NCBI GenBank assembly: GCA_964304625.1
Contig: OZ199840.1
Location: 4,130,490-4,194,489 of the forward strand
From: Kudoa neothunni
Taxonomy: Eukaryota > Animalia > Cnidaria
Direction: 5' to 3'
DNA length: 64,000 nt
Shown here in pieces: positions 25,001 to 39,530 of the stretch (position 1 is the stretch's first letter; each line of letters starts with the position of its first letter). The position numbers and the translations under genes were made by a program. The notes beneath the pieces are model-generated. The model saw only the letters and a program-made list of their open reading frames with translations. It had not been told where the DNA came from and made no database searches.

Positions 25001-28000
25001 TTACATTTGTTTTCGCTTTCGCATATTGGAGTAACAAAGTTTTTTATAAATTTTTCGTTTTTAGGGGTTTAATATGAGTTCTTACATCAATTTAAAGGTT
25101 TAAAAAACTCTTTAATTGCTGGTATAAGAGTTGTAACCAAAATCAACTAATGCGCGATCGACAACACAGCGGATGGCGCCGCCGCCTTTTAAGCTAATTC
25201 TCGCAAGTTTGAACCCCGTCCCTGACCATTCATTACATCTATCTAAATATAAATACCATAATGAAATATTATATGATTTTTTGTTTCATAGAATATCGAT
25301 TCACTTGATAATAACATTAACATTAATCCTAAATTCTATTATATCACCGACCATTACCGAGGAAATGTCTACACACTAATATATGTATTTGGAATTTACC
25401 GCGTAAATGTTCATTCATCCTATTCGATGATGAAAATCAACATTACTGATATTGTTTAAGGAGTGTAAAATATAATTTTGTGCTTTTAGTTTAACATTAT
25501 ATCAATAATGTTGCTGATAAATAAATTCATGTCAACAATTCCAGAAACAGCAATCCGCTGTATATTTTCTATGGAATTGTTAAGCTAGTTGTACTGTTCA
25601 TAAGATGTAAAATTGAGATAAATTGAATAAGCTTAAAGCATATTTCGTTCGGAGTCAAGAAATACCCCGATTAGGCACAGGCACACGCGTTTTTTTTCGA
25701 AGTTAGTACAGGAAGGTTAAGATTATTTGGCCCAAAAAATAATTTTCAATTTTTGTCGTAATCATATTTATTGAAAAAATATTAATATCCTTTTACATTG
25801 TCATAAAATTTGGTGAATGATCATTTCTTAAAAATTATATATATTATTTTATTTCTTATTCATTTTTTTAGCGATACATAAATTTTTTTTTATATTTTTT
25901 ACCCTAAAATCTTTATTTATGTGCGTCTATAACGTTCTCTAATTGGCAACTAACATTGCCTTGAAATATGATTTATTCTATTTCCATTTTTTGACAAATA
26001 TCTCAAAAAACTTTTTCTATTCGTTCAAAAATTCAACCGTCAGAATAACAAATTTTCCCCTTGTTTCCAATAAAAACAATTTGATCTACGTGGTTTGGCC
26101 GAAAAAGTGCGTATTATCGGTTGCCTACTGTAAATTCCCGTCATGTGTGCTTGGAAAAAATTTAACTTATAACAAATATAAGGTTTGAAATATCTTTTAC
26201 TTGAGATGAGTCTCACCAATCTTTAATTTATTTATTTGTAAGATATTCGGAGCAAAAAATTAAAGACAGCCTATTTTCCTGATAAATTTAATTCTAATCG
26301 GCGCGCGCACAACGCGTTTTAACCTTTGCAACTCCTGCTCACAAGCTGTATAAAAATTAAATATAATCAAAAATAATGACACCTGAATATTTTTACCATG
26401 TAAATAGTCGCTTTCAAAAATAAATTGAAATATCAAGTATAACTCACTTTCGACCGAAAGGATTTACCTCATGATTGATATTTATTTTCGCTAATTAATT
26501 TGACGACACTTATCTTTGATGAAATAAACTTTATCAAAGATAAATGTTCATAAATTTATTAATAAAAATGTGGTTTAATTTTTAATCCATTAAAATGTCA
26601 CAATGAATTTATATTGCGGAAATGAGTAATAATTTTGTTGGTTGTAGAAACCCTACCGATTGCTTAAATTCGGATACCTATTATGTGTTGGATCATCAGA
26701 CTGCCGTTGTGAATAGCGTTGAGAAACAACGTATTCAAAATGCCAGGGTAAAGTTGATATATTATTTTAAATTTAAAATATTGTTTAGTTGCGACCATTT
26801 TCCTCTATACTCTCTGGCCTTTCGAAGACGAGAAACATTTTGAAAGATGAAATCATTGAACAATTTTCGATTAGTAAGCTAAATGACCCAAAGACCCCAT
26901 CTACCTCACAATCTATTTTGAAATCATTACAAAATTTCTACGAACCTAGTCATTATGATGAGTCGAAAATTGATAATATGATATCAAATGGTGATGGAAC
27001 GATGTATGCTTTTTCCAAGTATAAACAGACGTCCTCTAAGTCTGAGAACGTGCGACGCATTCTAACTGAGAATGAATGGCATAGCTACTTTGATAACGAC
27101 AACTGTATTGATGTTGAACCTTCTATCATATTTGAACGAATTTACACAAGTGATTTGGATGCTTCAATAAGAAAAGAAGTGTGGCTCTACCTTTTGAATT
27201 ATTATCCTTTCGCGAGTAGTTTGGATGAACGAAATGCAATCGATCTAAACAAAAAAACCAGCTACGAACGAATGAAAACCCAATGGAGTACGATATCTCC
27301 GGAACAGGAGATGAATTTCACCGATTATTCCCTTCGAAAAAACATAGTAGAAAAAGATGTGGGCAGAACCGACAAAGGTTTGGATTTTTATAAAGGAGAG
27401 AATTCCGCAAACTCAATCATACTAAATGACATTCTTATGACATATTGTATGTATAATTTCGACCTTGGCTATGTGCAAGGAATGAGCGATATTTTGGCTC
27501 CTTTACTGCACCTTTTTGAAGATGAACATATCACTTTTTGGTGTTTTGTCGAAGTTATGGATAGATTCGGAGCCAATTTCAGTATGGATCAATCTCGAAT
27601 CGCCACTCTCATCACTATGGTCCGATCGCTTATACAATACTTGTGGCCCGAATTCCATTCATATCTTAAGAAGAATGAAGCGGATACTGTTAGCTTTGTT
27701 TTTTCATGGCTGTTGATCAACTTTAAACGTCAGTTCACTTACGATGACCTTTACATTTTGTGGGATAAATACTTCACTCACAACAAGGTTGTCCATTATT
27801 CAGTGTTCCTTGCAGCAACCATTATTGGGTCTGAAAAAGAATTCATAATGAAAAACCACCTCAACAGTGACCACATTCTCAGCTATTTCAATCGTTTAGA
27901 TCGTCAACTTAATGTCCATATGCTAATTGAGGAAACCGACGTACTTATCAATAATCTTAAATCTGCAAATTGCCTTCCACCACAAATAGACGAGTTAATT

Positions 28001-28012
28001 TTTAAATCGTAA
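22009..28012 (+). CDS. TBC1D15: TBC1D15/TBC1D17-like Rab7 GTPase-activating protein (Gyp7 family)
   Basis: 5' exons (22009-22732) encode the family N-terminal domain (VVIYS...IPG..VYKR|NDRLYFSW...DWSVV...ILPRFYFHNG). A phase-2 intron 22733-26647 joins them to exon 26648-26747, then to the last exon 26789-28012 with TBC motifs IRKEVWLYLL, IVEKDVGRT (R finger) and YNFDLGYVQGMSD (Q finger). Paralogue 15 vs 17 is not resolvable. Confidence 0.85.
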
Positions 28013-28442
28013 AAGCGACATTATTTTTATGCCACCTTCTTTCATTGTGTGATTATTATTGTATATTTTTTCGGCGTTTTATTCGATATCGTGCGTACTA
28101 ACTTGTGTAAGGAATTTAGATGGGGACCTACTCATGGTATTCTGAGCTTGCTTATATATTGGAAATCATCAATTTAAATTACCTAGGGTTTCAAATGAAG
28201 TCAAAGAATCTATTAATTTACCATGATGTAGTTTGTTGAAAGGAATTTAGTTTGTTAATAAATTATTAAATCGAAGAATTTGTTTTTAGTTCAAATTATG
28301 GATCTCATTTAGTATAGGCCCCCAATTCCAACAGTGTACAATGAGGATTATTGTTCTTACTATGCCATCATGTATGAGATTGGATGAAAAATTTATAACG
28401 TTTTGGAAAAAATTTTGATCTGCTCTAGAGGAGAAGAGCATA

Positions 28443-30464
28443 CAGTGGGTGACGGCTAATTCGCACTTTTTTCATTGTCGCCAAAATAAATAAACCTGGA
28501 GGTTTTTATCGTTATATATATAAGTAGAATAATTAATTATGACGATATACAACTGTAAAATGTTTTATCCTATTAAATATAAGAAAATTTTACGAGTTAA
28601 ACCCATTGATGGATAATTCGCACTAATTTCCGTGGAGCAGGGATGCAAAGCGCACGCCGTTATCATCTAATACAGAAATATGGGTGAACAAAGAAAACAT
28701 AAGTGGAGACACTTGCCGAAAAATATAATATTGTTAAATACTTCGAAATTCAGTCTCCAAAAAATGCTAAAAGTTACACAGTGAAACACTTTGGCTTATC
28801 CTCTATTTCAACTTTGAATGGAATATTATTGAAAAAAGAGGAAATAAAGAGCTCCGTTGAGATCGGAGTAGTCAAAAAAATCGTAAAATCTTGAAAAAGG
28901 GTTCAAATGATGAAATTGATCAACAAGTTTTTGAGTGGTTAATATGGATGAGGTCTAAAAAATTAGAAATTTCGTCGTTGGAAATTATTTCGAAACGAAA
29001 TGAATTTGCAAAAAACATTAATAAAGAAGCGGAAGACATGAGCTATGGTTGGTTTCGTGGATTCAAAGAAAGATTTAATTTACGACGACTAAATTTCCAT
29101 GGTGAGGCAAACATGGTAAACGTGCAAACTGTCGATGATTGGAAACTTCAATTAAAAAATATATTGAAAAATTATAAGGCTGAACAAGTGTACAACCTTG
29201 ATGAAACAGCTCTATTCTATCAGCAACATCCCAGTAAAATATATAAGCTATACAAAAACGACGAAAAGCATCATTAATTTGTTACATGTCGTTAAAAAAA
29301 TAATTATATCAATATTTAATTTATGTCAATCATCAACAAATTCTCACTGGAATTTTTTAAGAACTATTTTACAACACATTATATTCACGTGAACGTATTT
29401 ATGGTAACCTGATTTGGGAAGAAATTATGTTCTATGTACTGAAGTAAATGCAAAATGTTCAAAGCGATCAAAAAAATGTTACGCTTTTATTGGGAGCATC
29501 ACGATTAGGCGAAAAATTGGAACCATTAGTGATTGGTCATCATGAAAAACCAAGGTGTTTTAAAACTTTGAAAGATACTCCAGTCCCTTACTTCTCCAAT
29601 AAAAAAGCATGGATGACCTCTGAGATACTTAAGAAATATTTAGTTAAATTAAATGCTAATTTCAACGAGCAGAGCAAAAAAAATTGTGCTATTTCTTGAA
29701 AATGCGAGTTGCCATTCACCATCACAATTATCAAATATTGCATTATTATTTTTCCCTGAAAACACAACTAGTGTTTTGCAACCTATGGATCAAGGGATTA
29801 TTAATTCATTTAAAGCTGTTTATAGAAGATATCTAATAAATAGATCTACATTTTTAGTTGAGAATGATGTTGAACTTAAGCCAATTGATTTATTAGAGGC
29901 GTTGGTACCTGTAAAAAATCGTGGGAAGACGTAACGATCCAAACAATATCCAATTGTTTCAAGAAGGCTGGATTTAGATTCGATGATAACGAAAATCATT
30001 ATTACTTTTTTTTAAAAACTTAATAATTATACATAGACGAACTTGTAAACCACGACGTTTAGATGAAATCGATGATCCAGAGATAATACAATGCCAAGAT
30101 GAAGAACTCGTTCAAGTCTGAATTTGAGGACAACCATGAAAACAACGGCGTAACCATGGATGTAGAAGAATTGTCTGATTTTGAACCCGAAACATACATA
30201 GATGAGTCATATACCACGAAAGAAGCGCTGAAATGCTTTGAATATTTAAAGGGATACTTCATTAAGAATGGATCAAATATGTTGGATTATCTTCACAAAC
30301 TAGAAGAAGAAATGTTTCTAATCTCAAAAAAAAGAAGGATTTAAGAAAACGAAAATAACAAATTTTATTTTAAAAAAGTAGGATAATATCACATTTCTTA
30401 TAAAATCGACCCAAATTTTTTGCATGTGCAATAAATAAAAGTACGAATTAGCCGCCACCCATTG
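28443..30464 (+). mobile_element. Tigger/pogo transposon with frameshifted transposase
   Basis: TIR CAGTGGGTGACGGCTAATTCGCACTTTT vs right-end reverse complement CAATGGGTGGCGGCTAATTCGTACTTTT; TA TSDs. Fragments carry the CENP-B HTH (SYGWFRGFKERF), YNLDETALFY, KKAWMT, NASCH and NTTSVLQPMDQGII. Confidence 0.92.
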
Positions 30465-30634
30465 TACTTATACAATTTCACACTTTTTTAATAATATAAA
30501 AATTATTTATTGAAATTTTTAGGTGTAAAACGAAAAATATTTTGTTTCAAATGAAGTCTTCTAATTAATGGATAAAAATATTCAAACTAAGAAATACAGC
30601 TTCTTAATTTGCATAGATTTTATTGAAAAATTAA

Positions 30635-32971
30635 CCCGCATTGAATCGACAGCAGTAGTATACTTAATTTTGTTCTTAAATTGTGAGTTGGTGTTAAAAA
30701 CTTCAAAAAAGTTATAAAAACAATGTTTTAAATAATGCACAATTAGATGATAAAATTAATTATTACGGTTGGAACAAAACGTAGTATTTCTTTGATTTCT
30801 GTGCGTGCACACACAAACTTTCAACAATGGAAACAAACCATCTTGGTTTTTTTGTCTACGTTCCTAGGACACAGAACACATCGTTTCCTACTTAGCTGTG
30901 GCAAACAAATCACATCGGATGGCGAAGAATCATTCTTTTCATCAACAAATAAGTCGAAGCCATATTTTATATAATGTGGCAAATTTTTACAATGACTCTG
31001 GCGCTGAAGAACATTCCTCTTTGCTCACTGAATGGAAAGTTCACGCAAAAAGTATTGTCGCTTACTTCTACTGTTCTTTTTCCAATCGGGATATTTTTTA
31101 CTCCATAGTATGTATGAATTTAAACATGCTATATCCAAAATATCCATAAACACCCTCAAGGGCCATCTACGCGTAGATCTAGCACAACTATATAATACAG
31201 TCATTTTATCCGCCATGTCGACACCTCCTTTCGTCTTATTGTAGTGAATTATCACACTTGGTCGTTTTCTATCTTCATTTTCAATGGAAACGTCGTTATG
31301 TTCCGTTGACAAAAGGTTTACCGCGTAATTTTTTGTTGGAACATAGGAAATCAGCGTAAGGTCTCCGTTAAACCCAAAAATTGAAGAAAACACTTTGCGG
31401 TTGGAGGATTTAGCGAATTCTTTAGGAATTTCACGTTTGTTGGAACGGATAATTCCAGTCAATGTAATTTTTTTTGAGAGGAGATACTTGGCAAGTGGCA
31501 CAGAGGTAAAAAAATTATCTACTGTAACGCCTCGACACGTACCGTAAAATGGCGCAATTAGATCTTTCACGACTCGGGCTCCTTGATTTATCTCTCTCAT
31601 TCCATCAACTTTTCCAATATATGGTTGGATGTTTAAGAGATATGAAGTTTCCGAGTCTGCAGCTGCCCACAATTTGATGCCATAACGGCCCGGTTTACTT
31701 TTCGTATAAACTCGAAAAGGGCATCTACCACGAAATTTCACCAACCTCTCGTCAACAGTAATATAGGGTCCCGACCAAAAGTTCTTCAAACAGTTTTCAT
31801 TAAACGCCTGAAAGATGTTTCGAAAAGCTTCGAATTTGCCGTTTGATTCTCTTTTTACGGTAGTTTCTAGTAGACTTATCATCAAACCTCAACACTTAAT
31901 ATATGTGGGTAAATTGGTCCCTGGATATCGCTGCCCCCAAAATAAAACTGCTTGAATAATGGATTGGTATCCCACACATTTCGAAGAGCAAGAGATTGGC
32001 CATTGGAGCGGCCGGAGGCAATTAAAACACCCATAAAGGCTTTTAACTCGTCAATGGTTATTTCATCATTTTGTATATGTTTATATTGTTCGCAATATTT
32101 ATTAGTACATGAGACGATTTCTTAAAGAATATCCTCCGTAATGAATAATTCAAAGGTCTCTAAAATGGCGTTGAAATTTCCTGACTCTCTTAAAAATTCA
32201 GAAGATGGAGGAAGAATCTTGTTATGGGAACGATCATTTGTTTTTGTGCAAGGTTCTACACTCCATTTAAAACCAGATTGAGAAACTAACCCAAAATCGT
32301 GATTTCCTGTTACAAAAGAATTGTCCAAGTCCTCAGAAAAGTCTTCTTCTTCAACATCGCTATTAATTTCTTCAAGAAAATCCTCAGTGGATGTATCATC
32401 TGACTCAGAAATTTCATATTCTGAAATGTCATAACGATCAGTGGAAGAGGAATTCTCAATATATTTCTCAGCTTCGTTGCTCATAATTACAAAATAAGTG
32501 CTTTATGAAATTAAATAAAAAATGAAAATTTTGAACATAACCAATTACCTTATCAGATTTAGAATAAAACTCGATCGAAATGAATTAACGCGAGGGAGAT
32601 TGGTAAACAGATGTCGGATTAACTTTCGTAATTCCCCCAAAATATCACGATGTAACTTTAAATTTGATTTCAACCCATGATATCGATACAAAAAGATATT
32701 TCCAATTAATACTGAAAGTTAATGTAGTTATGAAATAAAATAGGAGATGAGATTGGCATTATTTCTTAAAAAATATGTAAGACGTCATTTTAAAAGCGAA
32801 AACTATTTATTATAAATAAACAAAATTATATATAAAAATATTTAAATAGAAGTCTTATATCTTTATAGAGGAATTCAGTAAATTTTACAATCGAAAATTA
32901 GACGTGTTTGAAATTATAAACAAAATGGTTACTTTGGGGTCCCTGAGTGACCCCGCTTCGGGCAGGCAGGG
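30635..32971 (-). mobile_element. piggyBac (PGBD4-like) element, transposase pseudogene
   Basis: Fragments VDERLVKFRGRCPF, VTVDNFFTS, YNKTKGGVDMAD and Cys-rich RKRCVLC..C..C (with a stop). Clear terminus GGGGTC..GACCCC..CAGGG|TTAA at 32971; the left boundary (TTAACCC at 30631) does not match the TIR well and is uncertain. Confidence 0.8.
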
Positions 32972-35112
32972 TTAAACTGCTGCCAACGATCCTATTTGAG
33001 AATTTCGCGTAACTTATGCATGCATTTTGTATAAAAGAATTCAAGCAGACATTGATGGTTTTTTGAATGAAAAATTGTGTATCGTTACGGTTGAGACATA
33101 AAGAACCTAGGCTAACAGTCGTTGCATTTTCTAGAACAAACCCTAGGAAAAAATAATATACTATCTATTTAAAATACTAGCTGTGTATTAATAAAAAGTT
33201 TTGTTTGAGCACAAAAATTGTATCCTAGTCAGTCTAATACAATACTTCTAACTCATAAGCTTAAGAATTTTTATAAAGTAATAATATACTTTCTAGCTGT
33301 TTTAAATTTTCAAATTATAAAATTATGCCACCCATTTAAAATAAGTTTAATTTTTCCACAAAAATAACGACGTCTCTTGGCACAAGTTCATATTAATAGA
33401 AGTCAAAATTGTTTATTTCATTTGAGTATTCTCCTTATTACCTAATTTTACGCACATTACCTTGCATATTAATTTTATAAAACGTTAAAAACGTGAACTA
33501 AAGCTATTTTTTAACCCGAAACTCCTTACGATATTGTTGTATTTTTAACCAATGTATTTTTTTAATATTGTTAATTATGTTGAGCCAAAAATCATTAATT
33601 TCAAATGTAAATTTCGACTGGATTCTTGGATTTGTAGTTATTACCTCCGGTAGCAATAGCCAGTGTCATATTTTTATCCGATATGCTTCGACAAAAAAAT
33701 TAAGTAAACAATTGCGAGTTGTTTTATATCAGACAACACAGATTTACTATAATAAAAATCCAAAAATTAAATAAAACAATTTGTTCGGGCCAATAGACAC
33801 TGTCTTCCACGGTGATATTATTTCTAGTAGGACGTAACTAACCTGCAGCTTGTCCTTGAATAATCTGCCTTGTGTACCGCATCCCGATGATTAAATCATA
33901 TTATACGGTACGGTAATTCTATCATGATATTAAAAATATGTGTAACATAATGCGGCACTTATAATGTGGGATTTATATTTGAATGTAATCCAAAATGGTT
34001 GGTAAAATTTTTTTGAGTAATTTAACTTTTTAAATCGCTATAACTAATCATTTTTACACAATATATAGTCTTCAGACCGCAAAATTAATTATTCGGGAAT
34101 GGATAGAGTAAAAAGTGTTACAATTATAAATATTGACAAAAATAGCGTTCTTATGTATAATTTGTATTTAATCCAAAAATGTTGCACCATAGCTGTTAAC
34201 TCTAACATACTCTTAACAGAAATCCTAATTATGTAGAAAGATGGAATATCGGATTTACGACAAATGTGTCTTTTGCTAGTGGAAGATAATCTTGAACACT
34301 CATTGCAAGCTTGTATCGATTGAATTTTTTTCATTTTTTGCGCTTATATGAATTTCGAAGTGCTGCATCGACAGGATAAATTCCTCATATACTAATTTAG
34401 AAAGATTCACAACGTCGTAGTGACCCCCTTTTTTAAGACATAAAAGATCTTACCAAAACAACTAATTAGCATGCATCTGCCGCATTACCGAGTAGAGTCG
34501 GATTTTATCGCCCTCGCATTAAGGAGTGACTGTAATGTTTAATTTTATTTTTCCAGGATTATGTTGTAAAGCGAACACTATCGGGTTAACATGGTCGTGA
34601 ATTTAAGGAAGGTTTAAGTTATTCAATTGATTGTTAATTGGAATTTCGACGACTGTCGATAACATTTTACCGGTCCTCGCTTGTTTATTTGTCTGTGAAG
34701 ATGCCTAAACAGAATTATGCTATTAGCCTGAGATTTACTGAAGCCACACAATGTTGGATTAAAGTATGTGATAGGTAGCAAGAACCCGATCTTTTATATC
34801 TTAAAAATGTATTCAACTATTAATAAAAGCACAAAATATATATGAACATAAATCAGTTAGGTTGTGAAAATTTTGTAGTAACAGCTAAGGAAATAGTCGT
34901 ATTCAGGATTATTTTATGGCAGCATAACACATGTAGTAGATTATCCATCTTTTGACAGTAACTACCTGTCAGATTAGGATTACTGTGAGGGGTTATCCAG
35001 AGCGTTTTGAACGATCGTCTGAGTGTTTTGTTAATTTGTGGGTGCACATTTACGTATAATTTCTATTTTTTATTAAATATATATTGAATTAGAATATTAT
35101 CGCGTCATCGAT

Positions 35113-38100
35113 ATGGCAAAAACCAACCAAGACATAGAACTTGTTGAAGCTGCCCCAGCTTCGAGTTCGCCTGATAAATCCATTATAGATAATACAAAAA
35201 TAGAATTGAAACGTTCTATTGGATTGGTCGGTGGATCCGGCCTCATTGTGGGGTGTATTATTGGCTCTGGTATATTTATTACCCCCACTAGCATTCTGAA
35301 AGAAAGTGGTTCCATCGGGGTTGCGCTTATTATGTGGGCTATATCGGGATTTTTGTCGATTCTCGGTGGGTTGTGCTTTGCAGAACTTGGTACCACCATT
35401 CCGGAAAGTGGTGCCGAATACAACTACATTATGGAAAGTTTTGGATCTATCCTCGCATTTCTTTTCATATGGACTAGTGTGTTCGTGTTAAAGCCAGCCA
35501 GTGTAACCATTATTGCGATCACGAGTGCGATCTACATTGGTACAGCATTTTTCCCTCAGTGTATCGTTCCAGAAATCATCTCCAAAATGCTAGCTGCTAC
35601 CATCATAAGTAGGTTTTAATGTATGGGATTAGTTGGTATAATTTTTTGTAGTATCAATCACATTGGTAAACATGCTCAGTGTTAAATGGTCTATTCGATT
35701 AAACAATCTATTGATGTATACAAAATTTGTGGCAATTCTAATGTTTGTGATTATTGGTCTCGTCAATTTACGTCATCCAGGTTTATTTTCTACCTCAACA
35801 ACATATCTAATAAATACATGAATTTGTCTACAGAAGCAAGAGACTATTTTTCTAATCCCTTTGCAGACTCCAAAGTTTCCGCTGGTTCTATTGGAAAAGC
35901 ATTCTTTCAAGCATTATGGGCATATGATGGATTTAACAATTTGAATTATGCCGCCGAAGAAATGATCAACCCCGATGTGTACTTTACTCTCACTGATGAT
36001 AAACGATAATGTCATTTTTAGCAACTTGCCCCGCTCCATTATTTTAGGCATGACCCTAGTTACTTTATGTTATTTGGCTATTAACTTCTGCTATATTGCT
36101 GCAATCGGTCCACATGGCATATTAGAATCTAACGCATTAGGGCTGGTGAGTTGTCTTTAGTCTGGCCAAATTATAATTCAATCTTTATTGTTTTAAGACA
36201 ATTGGATATACGTATCTGGGTAGGTGGAGTTGGATTGTGCCAGTTCTTGTGGCCTGTTGTACATTTGGTTCTGCTCTCTCCACCATTTTTGGTAATGGAA
36301 GGTAGGCGTATGTTTTTTTAATTTTTGATTAATTCTCTGTGTATCAAGGTTGTTATTTGTTGCTTCACGCAGAGGTCATCTTCCTTTGATTCTCTCTTCA
36401 ATTCACAAAACCTTACACACTCCAATTCCTTCCCTCGCATTCACGGTATCATATTTTATTAAAGCATCTCGATATGTTAATGCATCATTATATTTCATCA
36501 TATTTTTGTTGACACTCTAACGATTATCTTTTCTTGAACCTATAACCTACATTTTGAACAATGGAATAGTTTGATAATCTCCGTTGAACCTTCTAACAAA
36601 TTTTAGGTTTTATATTCCCATAGTGCGTCTTATTTAACAATTTATATTTTTTCATAAGTGGGTCGATATTTGTACTTTTAATCTAAGTTTTCAATATGTG
36701 CGGATGATTAAAGCTTAGGATAATTAATTATGAATTTTCTATTGAATAAATTATTCTTCATTGAACTTGGGATGAAAATAGCCTAAAATTTTCTTGGATC
36801 CATTTGCATATAAGTTCAGCTGAATAATTTTATCTGTCTTGTTCAAAATGAGGTAACTTAGGATGTGGTTCATACTTCATTATTAGATTTTTCGAGTTTA
36901 AACATTGAATATTTTTATATTCATAAAAATACCATATGTTTGTTTTCTTGTATTCTTATTTAATAGTTTTGTTTATTATTTCTCAAATCATTTTAAAAAC
37001 ATGAAAGGAACGTGATATTCATTGAGTGGTTAGCTTATTAATTATTGCTGAAAATCTTTTTAATCAAGTTGAGTTTTTGTTGTTCACATATTTATTTCAA
37101 TCGAGCATGCATCTAAGTTAAAAAATTTATTTGTTTTAAAAATAACAAATCAATAAAAGAGGACTGGTTCTTTAACTCCTTCATAATATTATGCTAAAAA
37201 TTATACGTTGCCGTTTTTGTCTTTTGTCACGTAACCAGGTTGACGCCATAGCCGAACAATATGAGGAAGGCAGCGGTTACATTTTTTACAGGAAACAGTG
37301 TGCTCAAAAGTATTAATAATTATTAGCAGATCAAATCGCAACAACTCTTTACCGTAAATGGACTGGCGAGAATGTCGACTCGATCGATTGAATATTTCGT
37401 CATTATTCTACGTAAAATTTAAACGTCTTTGTCTATTAATGATGTTTTTCACTGCGGATCAGCCAGTAATTTATTACTTTACATTTTAAATCATTATTTT
37501 TATGATCGAAATCATGTAGAGTCGAATTTTTAGGAGGTAGACTTGCCAGCATCATATATAATAAAATAGATATGTAGAAAATACTTTTCATGTACATTTC
37601 AAACATCGATATTTTAACAATATGCTTAAATTAACGTCATTTCGCGTTACATTTTCGTATAAATTACAAAAAATGCTCACTTTTACCCAGGACTCCGGAA
37701 GTTTTATGTTGGAATCATTCTTGTTTAAATCTCGATGTTTATTCATTGTTTTATTAAATTTGATTCCTTTTTAAATCCTTCACATCCTTTGAAACATGTA
37801 ATTCTTTGCCCAATAACTTAATCCTATATTTTGGTTGGTTCCCTCCTTCCCAGGAGTTTTATTTAATCACACTTAATCGAATTATTGTAAGTCAACTAAC
37901 TAATGCAACATTCACTAATTTTTAATAATATAATTTTTTAGCTTTGTTAAATAAATTGCAAGATGTTCTGTAAAGCTGTTTGGTGAGCATCCTTTTTCTG
38001 GCTGCTTTTAAGTTACCTAAAAATAATCACACATGCTAGGATTAGCTGCGTAAACGGAGATAAAATTTAATGTAAACATTTGATCAAACCCAATGTTTTA

Positions 38101-38680
38101 ATTCCAATTGAAATTAATGATGCCAGAAACATAAATATAATTAATAGAGTTAAACTCTATCTTGTAATAACGATTTATTCATTAGGCAATAATTTCGCTT
38201 ATTCTGTTGATACCAAGCGTTTCAAAACTGGATAAAATGATTGATTTATTCAGTTTTGCCACATGGTTCTTCTTTTTGTTGTGTTTCCTTGGTCAGATCT
38301 ACCTCCGATATAAGAGACCGGATATGAGGAGACCATTTCGAGTGAGAGATGGATAACAATTCTGGTGTAATTTAAATCTTGTTTAGGTATGGATTGTTGT
38401 TCCTGCAATAATGTGTATTAGTTCCTGTGCACTTATTATTCTTCCAGTTTTCGATAATGCAACCGGTTTCTTAATTGCTTCAAGCGTTATATTGGCAGGT
38501 GTTCCCGTGTACTTTTTGTTAGTGAAGTACCGACATAAACTACCGAAAGCATTTTTCAACCGTTTTGGTAATTTCTTCTTGCATTGTCCAAATTAATTTT
38601 TACACTAAGATAATCTTTGCAACCTCATTATGAACGTGTATGATTTGCAGATAGCCGAAAATGAAGAAGATATGGGATAA
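35113..38680 (+). CDS. SLC7 heteromeric amino-acid transporter light chain (b0,+AT/SLC7A9-like)
   Basis: IVGCIIGSGIFITP, CFAELGTTIPESGAEYNYI, VLKPAS, FFPQC, LWAYDGFNNLNY..EE..NP|.NLP, ASRRGHLP, LRYKRPDMRRPF; short introns plus one of 1740 nt (36446-38185); stop TAA at 38678-38680. Confidence 0.9.
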
Positions 38681-39530
38681 CACGTTGGTTGAATTATCGA
38701 TGCACTACAATATATGTTTCGTTTGTTAAACATTAACATGGTTTCTATTTATAGATGTACACGTGTTAATATATATAAACTTCTTATTGTGTGTTTAAAT
38801 AATTTAAAGTGTGCACTGTTAATTAATATGGTTTCCATGTTTTCCCAATTTGTGAAATACCGAAAAATCCCCGAATACCTTAAATAATTCATACTGGATA
38901 AGGCTGGTTTGTCTTGATTTGGCGTGACAAAGCCTCGCCATAATGTATCGTAAATCGGAAAAATAAAATATGTGGATACCCAGTTTGTATATTATTTCTG
39001 GAGATGGTACAAATTTACTCGATTGAGCCCACCCAAAATTATACAAACATATGATACTTTTTATAAATTAAGCGAATAAAAAATTAATTGCACAATAAAG
39101 TTTGAACAAATAAAGTAAAGAATCAAGGCATAAAACAATAATTAACAAGTTACATAGTTATTAAGGTCAGGCGGCGTTTCTATTTATTATATACTAGTTT
39201 TAAATTCGAATAGCTCGCCTGGTTACTTTAGTTGACTTGATAAACTAATACTATAATTTAGTGTGATTTTTAGTTTATTTAACTCTCTTACTAATGTGGG
39301 ATTAATTTGGAATTAAGATTTTTCTCTACTATTTAAAAACAATCTGATAAAACTATTTCAATTTTTAAAATTGAAGTTTGATAGATATGAAATGATGAAA
39401 TTAGCAAACTTGTCTCATTTGAGTTTCATTATATGCGAGAATTTCCACTGTTTGAGCTAGTATGGATTTTTTTAGTAAAGTAATGATAATACCACCGCTA
39501 TTAACCCTCAAAAACATATGAGGATTTACA

